Below are positions 19,351-27,982 of a stretch of 64,000 nucleotides of DNA, one piece after another; position 1 is the first letter of the stretch, and the number at the start of each line of letters is the position of its first letter. Source of the DNA: Alistipes sp. (GTDB lineage: Bacteria; Bacteroidota; Bacteroidia; Bacteroidales; Rikenellaceae); contig JAHHQO010000009.1 of NCBI GenBank assembly GCA_020026335.1, positions 35,286 to 99,285 on the forward strand, read 5' to 3'. The notes under the pieces were generated by a model. It made no database searches and had not been told where the DNA came from. It saw nothing but the letters and a program-made list of their open reading frames with translations. Made by a program: the position numbers and the translations under genes.

Positions 19351-20229
19351 ATGAAAAAAGAACTGAAAATCGTTGTCTTGGCTAAGCAGGTGCCCGATAC
19401 CCGCAATGTGGGTAAGGATGCAATGACACCTGAAGGCACGGTAAACCGTGCGGCTTTGCCGGCTATTTTCAATCCCGAAGACCTCAATGCACTCGAAATG
19501 GCACTTTCGCTGAAAGACCGTGTGGAAGGTGCCGAGGTCAGAGTCCTGACCATGGGTCCGCAGCGTGCCGCCGATGTGATTCGTGACGCCATGTTCCGTG
19601 GTGCTGATGGCGGATATCTGCTTTCGGGACGTGAATTTGCCGGTTCTGATACCTTGGCAACATCTTATGCACTTTCATGCGCACTTCGAAAGATAGAACC
19701 CGATATTATTATCGCAGGTCGTCAGGCTATCGATGGTGATACCGCACAGGTAGGACCTCAGGTGGCCGAGAAGTTGTCGCTTCCTCAGATTACCTATGCC
19801 GAGGAGATTACCGAAATCAGAGAGGATTCGCTCGTCGTTCGCCGTCGTCTTGCAGGCGGTGTCGAATTGGTGGAGTGCCCCCTTCATTCGGTGATTACCG
19901 TCAATGCTTCGGCTCCGGCATGTCGTCCGCGCAATGCCAAGCGTGTGATGAAGTTCAAGTATGCATTGGCTACTTCGGAAAGAGCTGCCGCTCCCGAGTC
20001 GGTAGCCGCGAAGCGTGCCGCCGAGAAGGAGTATTTGCAGATTGTGGAGTTCTCTGCTGCCGATGTGAATCCCGACCCCGACCAGTTGGGTCTGAAGGGT
20101 TCGCCCACCAAGGTGAAGAGAATCGAAAACGTGGTCTTCCAGGCCAAGGAAGCCAAACGTCTGACGGCATCCGATGAGGATATTAATTCGCTGATGGTTG
20201 AACTTATTGCGAGCCACACGCTCGGTTAA
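19351..20229 (+). CDS. etfB: electron transfer flavoprotein subunit beta
   Basis: KIVVLAKQVPD and typical EtfB length. Directly upstream of etfA. Confidence 0.9.
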   Translation: MKKELKIVVLAKQVPDTRNVGKDAMTPEGTVNRAALPAIFNPEDLNALEMALSLKDRVEGAEVRVLTMGPQRAADVIRDAMFRGADGGYLLSGREFAGSDTLATSYALSCALRKIEPDIIIAGRQAIDGDTAQVGPQVAEKLSLPQITYAEEITEIREDSLVVRRRLAGGVELVECPLHSVITVNASAPACRPRNAKRVMKFKYALATSERAAAPESVAAKRAAEKEYLQIVEFSAADVNPDPDQLGLKGSPTKVKRIENVVFQAKEAKRLTASDEDINSLMVELIASHTLG

Positions 20230-20243
20230 TTACGCTTTTTGAG

Positions 20244-21263
20244 ATGAATAACATATTCGTATATATTGAGCTTGAAGGCGGAAAAATCGCCGATGTGAGT
20301 CTTGAATTGCTCACCAAGGGCCGTGAGTTGGCATCGACACTGGATGTCGAGTTGCACGCGGTGGCTTTGGGCGAGCAGCTTTCGGGCATTGAAACCGAAC
20401 TCGCAAAATATGGTGCCGATGTGGTATGGGTAGCCGACGACAAGGTCTTCGCACCTTTCCGCACACTTCCCCACACGGCAGTGATGTGTGGTCTGATTGA
20501 GGAGGAGAAGCCCCAGATTGTACTCTTTGGAGCAACCTGCATCGGTCGCGATTTCGCACCGCGTGTATCTTCTGCCCTGCACAGTGGTCTGACGGCCGAC
20601 TGTACACAGCTGGTTATTGGTGACCACACCGACCCCAAGACCAAAACCGAGTACAAGAACCTGCTCTACCAGATTCGTCCTGCATTTGGCGGTAACATCA
20701 TTGCCACCATCGTCAATCCCGACCACCGTCCCCAAATGGCTACGGTGCGTGAGGGTGTGATGCGCAAGGCGTATGCCGAGAAGGCAGGTCGTGGCGAGGT
20801 TCGTCAGATTGAATGGCATAAGTTTGTGAAGGACAGCGATTTGGTTGTCAAGATTATCGACAGAGAAATTGCCGAGAGTAAAATCGACATCAAGGGAGCT
20901 TCGGTAATTGTTGCCGGAGGTTACGGTATGGGCTCGAAGGAGAACTTCAAACTCGTCTATGACCTGGCCGAGGTGCTGGGTGCCGAGGTGGGTGCCAGCC
21001 GTGCTGCCGTCGATGCAGGCTTCACCGAACATGAGCGTCAAATCGGTCAGACCGGTGTTACCGTGCGCCCGAAGCTCTACATCGCGTGTGGTATTTCGGG
21101 ACAGATTCAGCATACGGCAGGTATGGACCAGTCTTCGATGATTATCTCCATCAACACCGACCCCGATGCCCCCATCAACAAGATTGCCGATTATGTCATC
21201 ACGGGCGATGTCAATGACATCATTCCCAAGATGATTAAGTTCTACAAACAAAATTCGAAGTAA
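20244..21263 (+). CDS. etfA: electron transfer flavoprotein subunit alpha
   Basis: C-terminal FAD-binding signature GASRAAVDAG....QIGQTG..V.P.LYIA.GISG.IQH. Confidence 0.92.
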   Translation: MNNIFVYIELEGGKIADVSLELLTKGRELASTLDVELHAVALGEQLSGIETELAKYGADVVWVADDKVFAPFRTLPHTAVMCGLIEEEKPQIVLFGATCIGRDFAPRVSSALHSGLTADCTQLVIGDHTDPKTKTEYKNLLYQIRPAFGGNIIATIVNPDHRPQMATVREGVMRKAYAEKAGRGEVRQIEWHKFVKDSDLVVKIIDREIAESKIDIKGASVIVAGGYGMGSKENFKLVYDLAEVLGAEVGASRAAVDAGFTEHERQIGQTGVTVRPKLYIACGISGQIQHTAGMDQSSMIISINTDPDAPINKIADYVITGDVNDIIPKMIKFYKQNSK

Positions 21264-22987
21264 TGGCTAATTTCTTTTCAGATAATAAAGATTTGCAATT
21301 CCACCTTCAGCATCCTGCGATGCGCAAGATTGTGGAGTTGAAGGAGCGCAACTTCCGTGAGAAGGATGTTTATGACTATGCACCCCACGATTTCGAAGAT
21401 GCGATGGATTCTTATCGTCGTGTTTTGGAGATTGCCGGTGAGGTGTGTGGTGATGTGATTGCTCCCAATGCCGAGGGTGTCGATAAAGAGGGCCCCAAGG
21501 TGGTCAACGACCATGTGCAGTACGCTTCGGGTACTGTGGAGAACATGAAGGCGGTGGTCGATGCCGGTCTGGGTGGTCTGACTCTTCCCAGAAAGTACAA
21601 CGGTCTGAACTTCCCGCTGATTTGCTTCGTGATGGCCAACGAGATGGTGGCACGTGCCGATGCAGGCTTCGAGAACATCTGGGGTTTGCAGGACTGCGCC
21701 GAGACCCTCAACGAGTTCGCCTCGGAGGAGTTGAAGGAGAAATTCCTGCCTCTGGTGTCTGAAGGTGCTACCTGCGCCATGGACCTGACCGAGCCGGATG
21801 CCGGTTCCGATTTGGGTGCCGTGATGTTGAAGGCCACCTGGTCGGAGGAGAAGCAGACCTGGTTGCTCAACGGTGTAAAACGCTTTATCACCAATGGTGA
21901 CGGCGACATCTCGCTGGTGCTGGCTCGTACCGAGGAGGGCACAACCGATGCACGTGGTCTGTCAATGCTGGTCTATGACAAGCGTGACGGCGGTATGAAG
22001 GTGCGCCGTATCGAGAATAAGATGGGTATCAAGGGTTCGCCTACCTGCGAGCTGGTATTCAACAATGCTCCCGCATATCTGGTCGGTGACCGCAAGATGG
22101 GTCTTATCAAGTATGTCATGTCGTTGATGAACGCTGCCCGTCTGGGTATCGGTGCGCAGTCGGTGGGTACTTGTGAGGCGGCTTATCGCGAGGCTTTGAA
22201 GTATGCCCACGAACGCCAGCAGTTCGGCAAACCTATCGTGCAGTTCGCTGCCGTGTCGGAGATGTTGTCGAACATGAAGGCCAAGTTGCAGGGTGCACGT
22301 GCATTGCTCTATGAGACAGCTCGTTTCGTGGAGATTTACAAGCAGTACTCCCACATCTCGCACGAGCGTCCGTTGGAGGGCGATGAGCGTAAGGAGATGA
22401 AGTTCTACACCCGTTTGGCTGATGGTTTCACTCCGCTGGTCAAGCTCTTCTCTTCGGAGTACGCCAACCAGCTGGCCTACGATGCCATTCAGATTCACGG
22501 TGGTTCGGGCTTCATGAAGGATTATCCCTGTGAGCGTCTCTACCGTGATGCACGTATCATGAATATTTACGAGGGTACATCGCAGTTGCAGGTGGTGGCT
22601 GCCATCAATGCTGTGACCAAGGGTACCTTCCTCGAGCAGATTGGCCGCTATGCCGAGGCGGAGTATGCCGACGCCGTGAAGCCCATCGTCGAGAAACTCA
22701 AGGCTTTGACCGAGCAGTTCCGCGAGATGGTCGATTACGTGGAGACCAACGACAAGGAGGTTGCCGGATTCAAGGAGTTCCATGCACGCCGTCTGGTCGA
22801 GACTGCCGGACACATCATCATCACCTACATTCTGTGCCGTCAGGCAGGCGAGTGCGAGGATTACCTCTCTTCGGCACGCGTATTCTGCAAGCTGGCCGTG
22901 GGTAAGATTGCCGAGGCTCACACCTACGTGATGAACTCAACGACCGATGATGTGGCACTCTTCAAGGCTGTCGAGCAGGAGTGCTAA
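21263..22987 (+). CDS. acyl-CoA dehydrogenase family protein (long, 574 aa)
   Basis: LTEP.AGSD and IYEGT.QLQ motifs. The start overlaps the etfA stop by 1 nt. Confidence 0.88.
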   Translation: MANFFSDNKDLQFHLQHPAMRKIVELKERNFREKDVYDYAPHDFEDAMDSYRRVLEIAGEVCGDVIAPNAEGVDKEGPKVVNDHVQYASGTVENMKAVVDAGLGGLTLPRKYNGLNFPLICFVMANEMVARADAGFENIWGLQDCAETLNEFASEELKEKFLPLVSEGATCAMDLTEPDAGSDLGAVMLKATWSEEKQTWLLNGVKRFITNGDGDISLVLARTEEGTTDARGLSMLVYDKRDGGMKVRRIENKMGIKGSPTCELVFNNAPAYLVGDRKMGLIKYVMSLMNAARLGIGAQSVGTCEAAYREALKYAHERQQFGKPIVQFAAVSEMLSNMKAKLQGARALLYETARFVEIYKQYSHISHERPLEGDERKEMKFYTRLADGFTPLVKLFSSEYANQLAYDAIQIHGGSGFMKDYPCERLYRDARIMNIYEGTSQLQVVAAINAVTKGTFLEQIGRYAEAEYADAVKPIVEKLKALTEQFREMVDYVETNDKEVAGFKEFHARRLVETAGHIIITYILCRQAGECEDYLSSARVFCKLAVGKIAEAHTYVMNSTTDDVALFKAVEQEC

Positions 22988-23167
22988 ACCGGGGAGGGGC
23001 GAAAAGAGCGAAAGAGAGAGCGGGCGAGCAAGTAAGCGAACGAACGCGAAAAGTCTAAAGCGAGAGACTGCAATTAGGGTCTGAAATCGCGAAGACAAAA
23101 TCGAAATAGCATCTTTCCTTCCTATATATATTGTGATGTTCCGGCACACGAAGTGTCGTAATATAGG

Positions 23168-23203
23168 CAGGTGTCAGAGTTTTGCTCTGATACCTGCTTT
23201 TAT
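23168..23203 (+). terminator. rho-independent terminator after the etf/acd operon
   Basis: GCAGGTGTCAGAG / CTCTGATACCTGC 13-bp stem with one G-U pair, then TTTTATT. Confidence 0.7.
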
Positions 23204-23283
23204 TCTGCCGATAGTGGGATATGTCGGCACAATTTTATAACTTTACATCACGTTATAGTCGTCAAACAGTAATTTTTAGCATT

Positions 23284-24219
23284 ATGTTTTCTCGTACACT
23301 TGTTATGTTGGCTGCGGTGGCACTGCTGACCTCGTGCGGCGGTCGTCAGACCTCCAAGGAGACTGCACAGCAGACAAAGGCGCAACCCGCGAGGGTCTTC
23401 CTGCCGCCCGTAGCTCCTGCGTCCCTCGATGCGGAGCAGACCTGCGACTATGTCAAGACCCACTATTGGGACAACTTCAATTTCGCGGATACGGTTTTCA
23501 TCCGCGAGATAGATACGGTGGATATGATTGAGGCCTTCGCCAAATATGTCATTTTGCTGACCGATGACCCGACAAACGGAGAGCCGATGCGCGAGATTGC
23601 CCAAAAGGCGGCGGTGTCGCGTCCCATGCTGGACTATTTCTATATGCTCTCGGAGAAGGTGCTGCATGACCCCAACTCGCCACTGCGCAACGATGAGATG
23701 TATATCCCCGTCTTGGAGACGGTCATCGCCAGCGGCTACTACGATGAGTACGAGTTGCTGTCGCCCGAGTATGACCTCAAAATCGCATCGCAGAACCGTC
23801 TGGGCGAGCGTGCCAACGATATAAAATACACCTTGTATTCTGGTAAGCAGGGTACATTGTACGGTATTCGTGCCGATTATGTGTTGTTGCTCATCAGCAA
23901 CCCCGAATGTCCGATGTGTGGCGATGTGGCTGAAGCCATTGCCACCTCTCCCATGATTTCGGAGATGGTTGAGCGCGGTTCGCTCAAGGTGTTGTACGTC
24001 TATCCCGATGAGGATATAGCAGCCTGGAAGGCGCATAGAGAGTCGATTCCGTCAAAATGGATTTACTCCTACGACAAGGAATGTGCCATGAAAGAGCAAT
24101 CTACGTACAATCTTTCGGCAATTCCCTCTATTTATTTGCTGGATAAGGATAAGAGGGTGTTGGTGAAGGACGCTTCAGATGTATCTGTAATTGAATTTGT
24201 TATAGATAATGCAGAGTAA
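23284..24219 (+). CDS. DUF5106 + thioredoxin-like (TlpA-like) domain lipoprotein
   Basis: LLTSC lipobox after ATG 23284. NPECPMC motif. IPSIYLLDKDKRVL is a thioredoxin-fold C-terminus. Confidence 0.75.
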   Translation: MFSRTLVMLAAVALLTSCGGRQTSKETAQQTKAQPARVFLPPVAPASLDAEQTCDYVKTHYWDNFNFADTVFIREIDTVDMIEAFAKYVILLTDDPTNGEPMREIAQKAAVSRPMLDYFYMLSEKVLHDPNSPLRNDEMYIPVLETVIASGYYDEYELLSPEYDLKIASQNRLGERANDIKYTLYSGKQGTLYGIRADYVLLLISNPECPMCGDVAEAIATSPMISEMVERGSLKVLYVYPDEDIAAWKAHRESIPSKWIYSYDKECAMKEQSTYNLSAIPSIYLLDKDKRVLVKDASDVSVIEFVIDNAE

Positions 24220-24301
24220 GAAAATTCATAAGTATAAATTTTGCTTATATGCCCATAAATAAAGACAATAGGCTTTTGCTTGTAAATTAAAATCTTATGA
24301 T

Positions 24302-24309
24302 TAATTTTG
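24302..24309 (+). promoter_or_regulatory. -7 box TAATTTTG upstream of the rubrerythrin gene
   Basis: Exact TAnnTTTG, 55 nt before ATG 24365. Confidence 0.4.
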
Positions 24310-24364
24310 CACCTGTAAACAAGAAACAATAACACACACACAAACAATTAAAAGTATAAAGACT

Positions 24365-24922
24365 ATGAACAAGAAATGGCGTTGCACCGTTTGTGGTTAT
24401 ATCCACGAAGGTCCCGAGGCACCCGAGCAGTGCCCCATGTGTAAGGTAGGTAAAGATAAGTTCGTTGAGATTGTAGAGCAGCAGGGTGACCTTGATTTCG
24501 TTACCGTTCACAAGATTGGTGATGGTAAGGGTGCCAGCAAGGAGCTCTGGGAGGGTCTTCAGAATCACTTCATGGGTGAGTGCACCGAGGTGGGTATGTA
24601 CCTGGCCATGAGCCGTCAGGCTGACCGTGAGGGTTATCCCGAGATTGCCGAGGCTTACAAGCGTTACGCTTGGGAGGAGGCAGAGCACGCTTCGAAGTTT
24701 GCCGAGTTGATTGGAGAGGTCGTTTGGGATACCAAGACCAACCTCATGAAGCGTATGAACGCTGAGTGCGGTGCTTGCGAGGACAAGATGCGTCTGGCTC
24801 GTTTGGCTAAGGAGGAGAATCTCGACGCTGTTCACGATACAGTTCACGAGATGGCTAAGGATGAGGCCCGCCACGGTAAGGGCTTTGAGGGTCTCTACAA
24901 GCGTTACTTCGGTAACAAGTAA
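24365..24922 (+). CDS. rbr: reverse rubrerythrin (N-terminal rubredoxin-like CxxC..CxxC, C-terminal diiron ferritin-like domain)
   Basis: CTVCGY...CPMC at the N-terminus. E..EH motifs EEAEHASKF and DEARHGK. Confidence 0.88.
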   Translation: MNKKWRCTVCGYIHEGPEAPEQCPMCKVGKDKFVEIVEQQGDLDFVTVHKIGDGKGASKELWEGLQNHFMGECTEVGMYLAMSRQADREGYPEIAEAYKRYAWEEAEHASKFAELIGEVVWDTKTNLMKRMNAECGACEDKMRLARLAKEENLDAVHDTVHEMAKDEARHGKGFEGLYKRYFGNK

Positions 24923-24946
24923 TCCTTAATACCATATAAACGAATA

Positions 24947-24976
24947 AAGGTGACCTTTGCGGGTCACCTTTTTTTG
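24947..24976 (+). terminator. rho-independent terminator of rbr
   Basis: AAGGTGACC / GGTCACCTT stem plus a T7 run. Confidence 0.85.
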
Positions 24977-25136
24977 TGTGCTTTTGTCGGAAGGTTACTT
25001 CACCTTTTGCGGGAACAGTATCTCCCAAAACGGGGAGAGGAGACTCCGTGTCCAGTCATTGATACTGCTCCAGAAGTGGCAAATTTGCCGTAAGTAGAAG
25101 GCCTGTTCCCCATTTCTTTGCAATGTTAGCGGTTGG

Positions 25137-25349
25137 TTATTCCTCCTGACATTGGCAGCACTGCTCCTCTTTGACCTCTTCGCGAAACTCCTCGATCGTG
25201 TCCTTCAACTTCGCAAGCTCTTTGTTGAGCGAGTCCTTGATTTTGTGGCGCATTTCGACACCGGTCTTGGGGGTGTAAAGCAGGGTGAAAGCTGCACCTA
25301 CGGCGATGCCTCCCGCCAATGAAGCGAGAATAATTCCTGTGTTTTTCAT
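25137..25349 (-). CDS. YtxH domain-containing protein
   Basis: 70 aa. GIILASLAGGIAVGAAFTLLYTPKTG is a YtxH-type transmembrane segment, followed by a charged helix. Confidence 0.8.
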   Translation of the reverse strand: MKNTGIILASLAGGIAVGAAFTLLYTPKTGVEMRHKIKDSLNKELAKLKDTIEEFREEVKEEQCCQCQEE

Positions 25350-25416
25350 GATAATGTGGTTTAAAATTCAAGGAGTAGTGTTGCAAACTTCGCGCCAAAA
25401 AGATTATCTTTACCCT

Positions 25417-25917
25417 ATGAATACATTTCCGCAGAGAACCGTCTCGTTCACGGGACATCGCAAATATCATGGTGAAGCACATAAGGAGCTGCGCGATACG
25501 ATTGTCGAGCTGTATCATCGCGGTTATACCACTTTTATGAGCGGTATGGCTGTGGGGTTTGATATGTACGCTGCCGAGTGTGTGCTGTCGCTGCGCAACG
25601 AATTGGAGGGGATAAGACTTGTCGCCGTTGTGCCATTCGAAGGGCATCAACTCAAATTCAGTGCGGCGGACAAGCAGCGTTTTGGGGAGATTTTGAAGCG
25701 TGCCGATGAGTGTGTGACCCTGTCGCAGGTCTATCATCAGGGCGTCTATTCCGTGCGCAATGACTATCTGGTGCGCCATGCGGACATCGTGGTGGCGTGC
25801 TATGATGGTTCGGCAGGAGGTACGCGCTACACTGTGCAGCGTGCCGAAAAGACGGGGCGCGAGGTCATCAACATCTCGCCCGATGCACCCCGACAGATTG
25901 ACCTTCTTCTGTTCTGA
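25417..25917 (+). CDS. SLOG-superfamily DUF1273 protein
   Basis: SFTGHR......I..L...GYTTF.SGMA.G.D. ATG 25417 avoids an overlap with the ytxH gene. Confidence 0.75.
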   Translation: MNTFPQRTVSFTGHRKYHGEAHKELRDTIVELYHRGYTTFMSGMAVGFDMYAAECVLSLRNELEGIRLVAVVPFEGHQLKFSAADKQRFGEILKRADECVTLSQVYHQGVYSVRNDYLVRHADIVVACYDGSAGGTRYTVQRAEKTGREVINISPDAPRQIDLLLF

Positions 25918-25937
25918 TGCACGTAGAGAAAATAAGA

Positions 25938-25968
25938 AAGGCCGCAGAGCAATCTGCGGCCTTCTTTT
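25938..25968. terminator. bidirectional terminator between convergent DUF1273 gene and pfp
   Basis: AAGGCCGCAG / CTGCGGCCTT 10-bp stem with a 6-nt loop, then CTTTT. Confidence 0.8.
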
Positions 25969-25991
25969 ATATAAGTTTTCAAACGGTAGGA

Positions 25992-27224
25992 CTACCAGTT
26001 CAAAATCTTAACGAAGTCGAACTCCTCGGGGTTGGGCACGTAAGCCTTTGCAGCCTCGTAGTCATCGGGAGTGATGAAGTTGATGATGTTCTCAACAACC
26101 GACTTGAACTTGTCAGAGTGGATATCAACCAATCTGGGAGGAATCTTGCCGGTAGTGGGATCCTGGAGATCCTTCAGGTACAGGGGCGATACGTTACCCT
26201 CTGTATCAACATATACCATACAACCTGTCTTACCCTCGTCGAACAACTTGTGAACGCCGATACCGAGCTCCGAGCAATAGGTCAAGTCGTAAGCGATAGG
26301 AGTCTGGCAACGGATTTCGTAACCCAACTCTACGGGACGGCTCTTTACCTTCATACCCAGCTCCTTGAGCTTCTTCTCAATCATCTCGTTGAAGATGTGA
26401 GCCTTCGATACCTTACCCAACTCGGGGTGACCGTGGTCGTCGTAAGTGAAGTGGATACCGCTCTTGCGAATCTCCTCATCGCTCAATGCGTGGAATACAC
26501 CCTCCGAGATAACGGCAGCACCGTAATCCATGCCCATAATCTTACGCTTGATGATAGACGAGATAACGAGGTTGACGATCTTCTCAACAGTGATTTCAGT
26601 CTTGTTGAACATCTCGGGGATAACAATCATGGGGTAGTGGCAAGCCTCACCGATACCGAATGCAAGGTGACCGGCCGAACGACCCATGGCAGCCAAAACG
26701 AACCAGTTGCCGCTTGTACGAGCGTCAACATAAACGGCACGTGCGATAACGGCACCCTTATCCTTTGCAGACTCGTAACCGAAGGTTGCGGTTCCCTTGG
26801 GCAGAGGAAGGTCGTTGTCGATGGTCTTGGGAACGTGGATGTTGGCGATGGGGTACTTCTTAGCCTCGAGGAACTTGGCGATACGGTTTGCAGTCGATGC
26901 AGTATCGTCACCACCTACGGTAACCAACAGCTTGATGTTGTTGTCGGTGAAGAACTTGAGGTTGAAGTTGTTCTCGAAATCCTCGGGAGTGGGCTTGAAA
27001 CGGCTCATCTGGAGGAACGAACCACCCTGGTTAAAAATACCGTCGGCCATGGGGTAGCTGATGTCAACGGTGCGGGGGGTGGGGTTGAAGAGACCCGAGT
27101 AGCCCTCATGCAAACCGATTACACGATAACCCTTGCGCAGGAAAGTCTTTGCTACGCTACCAACTACTGTGTTCATACCGGGAGCGGGACCACCACCGGT
27201 CAGAATTGCGATTGCTTCTTTCAT
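25992..27224 (-). CDS. pfp: pyrophosphate-dependent 6-phosphofructokinase
   Basis: ILTGGGPAPGMN. GGDDT rather than GGDGS, where the Asp is the PPi-specificity marker. Typical PFK fold motifs. Confidence 0.85.
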   Translation of the reverse strand: MKEAIAILTGGGPAPGMNTVVGSVAKTFLRKGYRVIGLHEGYSGLFNPTPRTVDISYPMADGIFNQGGSFLQMSRFKPTPEDFENNFNLKFFTDNNIKLLVTVGGDDTASTANRIAKFLEAKKYPIANIHVPKTIDNDLPLPKGTATFGYESAKDKGAVIARAVYVDARTSGNWFVLAAMGRSAGHLAFGIGEACHYPMIVIPEMFNKTEITVEKIVNLVISSIIKRKIMGMDYGAAVISEGVFHALSDEEIRKSGIHFTYDDHGHPELGKVSKAHIFNEMIEKKLKELGMKVKSRPVELGYEIRCQTPIAYDLTYCSELGIGVHKLFDEGKTGCMVYVDTEGNVSPLYLKDLQDPTTGKIPPRLVDIHSDKFKSVVENIINFITPDDYEAAKAYVPNPEEFDFVKILNW

Positions 27225-27277
27225 GATAATTACGTGGTTTTATATTTAACCTAAATGTTTAGTCGTTTTTAACAGCC

Positions 27278-27285
27278 CAAAATTA
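27278..27285 (-). promoter_or_regulatory. -7 box (TAATTTTG on minus strand) for pfp
   Basis: Plus-strand CAAAATTA, 53 nt upstream of ATG 27224. Confidence 0.4.
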
Positions 27286-27304
27286 CTAATATTTTTTCAA
27301 AACA

Positions 27305-27334
27305 ACAAAAAAAGAGAGACCATTGAGGTCTCTC
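27305..27334 (-). terminator. rho-independent terminator of the cold-shock gene
   Basis: GAGAGACC / GGTCTCTC stem. The plus-strand A-run 27305-27313 gives a T-run on the minus strand. Confidence 0.75.
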
Positions 27335-27359
27335 GATTAAAAAAATTGGTAATTATAGT

Positions 27360-27560
27360 CTATTCAACTACAGTTACGTTCACTGCCTGTTCGCCTTTGG
27401 CACCGTTGCCAATCTCGAACTCTACTTGTTGGCCTTCATTGAGCGATTTGAAGCCCTCGGCAACAATACCTGAGAAGTGTACGAAGATTTCCTTGCCACC
27501 CTCTGCTGTGATGAATCCGTAGCCTTTCTTGCTATCGAACCATTTCACTTGTCCTTTCAT
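27360..27560 (-). CDS. cold-shock protein (CspA family)
   Basis: [17 protein letters not shown]....G.EIFVHFS contains the RNP1 and RNP2 motifs. ATG at 27560. Confidence 0.93.
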   Translation of the reverse strand: MKGQVKWFDSKKGYGFITAEGGKEIFVHFSGIVAEGFKSLNEGQQVEFEIGNGAKGEQAVNVTVVE

Positions 27561-27664
27561 AGAAAAAATGATTAAAGTGTTGTAATACAAGACGCAAATT
27601 AATGTAAAAAAAAGTCTATATCAAAACTTTTCCCCATGTTTTTTTGAATTACCAATAAAAATTG

Positions 27665-27672
27665 TATATTTG
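27665..27672 (+). promoter_or_regulatory. -7 box TATATTTG upstream of the lipoprotein/rSAM pair
   Basis: Exact TAnnTTTG. It lies downstream of the track's TTG start (27662), which supports ATG 27704. Confidence 0.45.
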
Positions 27673-27703
27673 TTGCATCTATAAACCCCTTAAGCAGACG
27701 GCT

Positions 27704-27970
27704 ATGGATAGACGAATGAAATTTGCGTTACTTGCCATTCTGGGCTTCTCGACAGCCTGCTCAACCGTTCGCAATACGGCTAAGGACAGCAAGAAATCGG
27801 ATCAAACCTCTGAAGCAGAGGCTACGCAACAACAACAGCGTCCGAGAATTAAAGTGATGTATGGTGTTCCCAATCCCCCGATGGTGGAGGAGAAAAGCTA
27901 CGAAATCGATCCCGTGATTGAGCAGCCTGACGAAGGGGACGAAGTAGTAATCGATAAGAAAAAGAAATAG
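27704..27970 (+). CDS. small lipoprotein (88 aa) of the rSAM/lipoprotein pair; putative rSAM substrate
   Basis: MDRRMKFALLAILGFSTA|C lipobox, a low-complexity linker, a KVMYGVPNPP motif, and an acidic tail ending KKKK. Confidence 0.7.
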   Translation: MDRRMKFALLAILGFSTACSTVRNTAKDSKKSDQTSEAEATQQQQRPRIKVMYGVPNPPMVEEKSYEIDPVIEQPDEGDEVVIDKKKK

Positions 27971-27982
27971 AATCAGAAAAAA

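Noticed and set aside
25011-25110. 8-bp long-range pairing GGGAACAG/CTGTTCCC enclosing small hairpins downstream of ytxH, as a possible 3'UTR RNA element.
   Set aside because: One 8-bp complement within about 160 nt is not far from chance, and there is no flanking promoter or terminator signature of its own.
25417-25917. SLOG/DUF1273 protein as a nucleotide-sensing defence component.
   Set aside because: It is a single small conserved gene in a housekeeping context with core composition, and no effector is adjacent.
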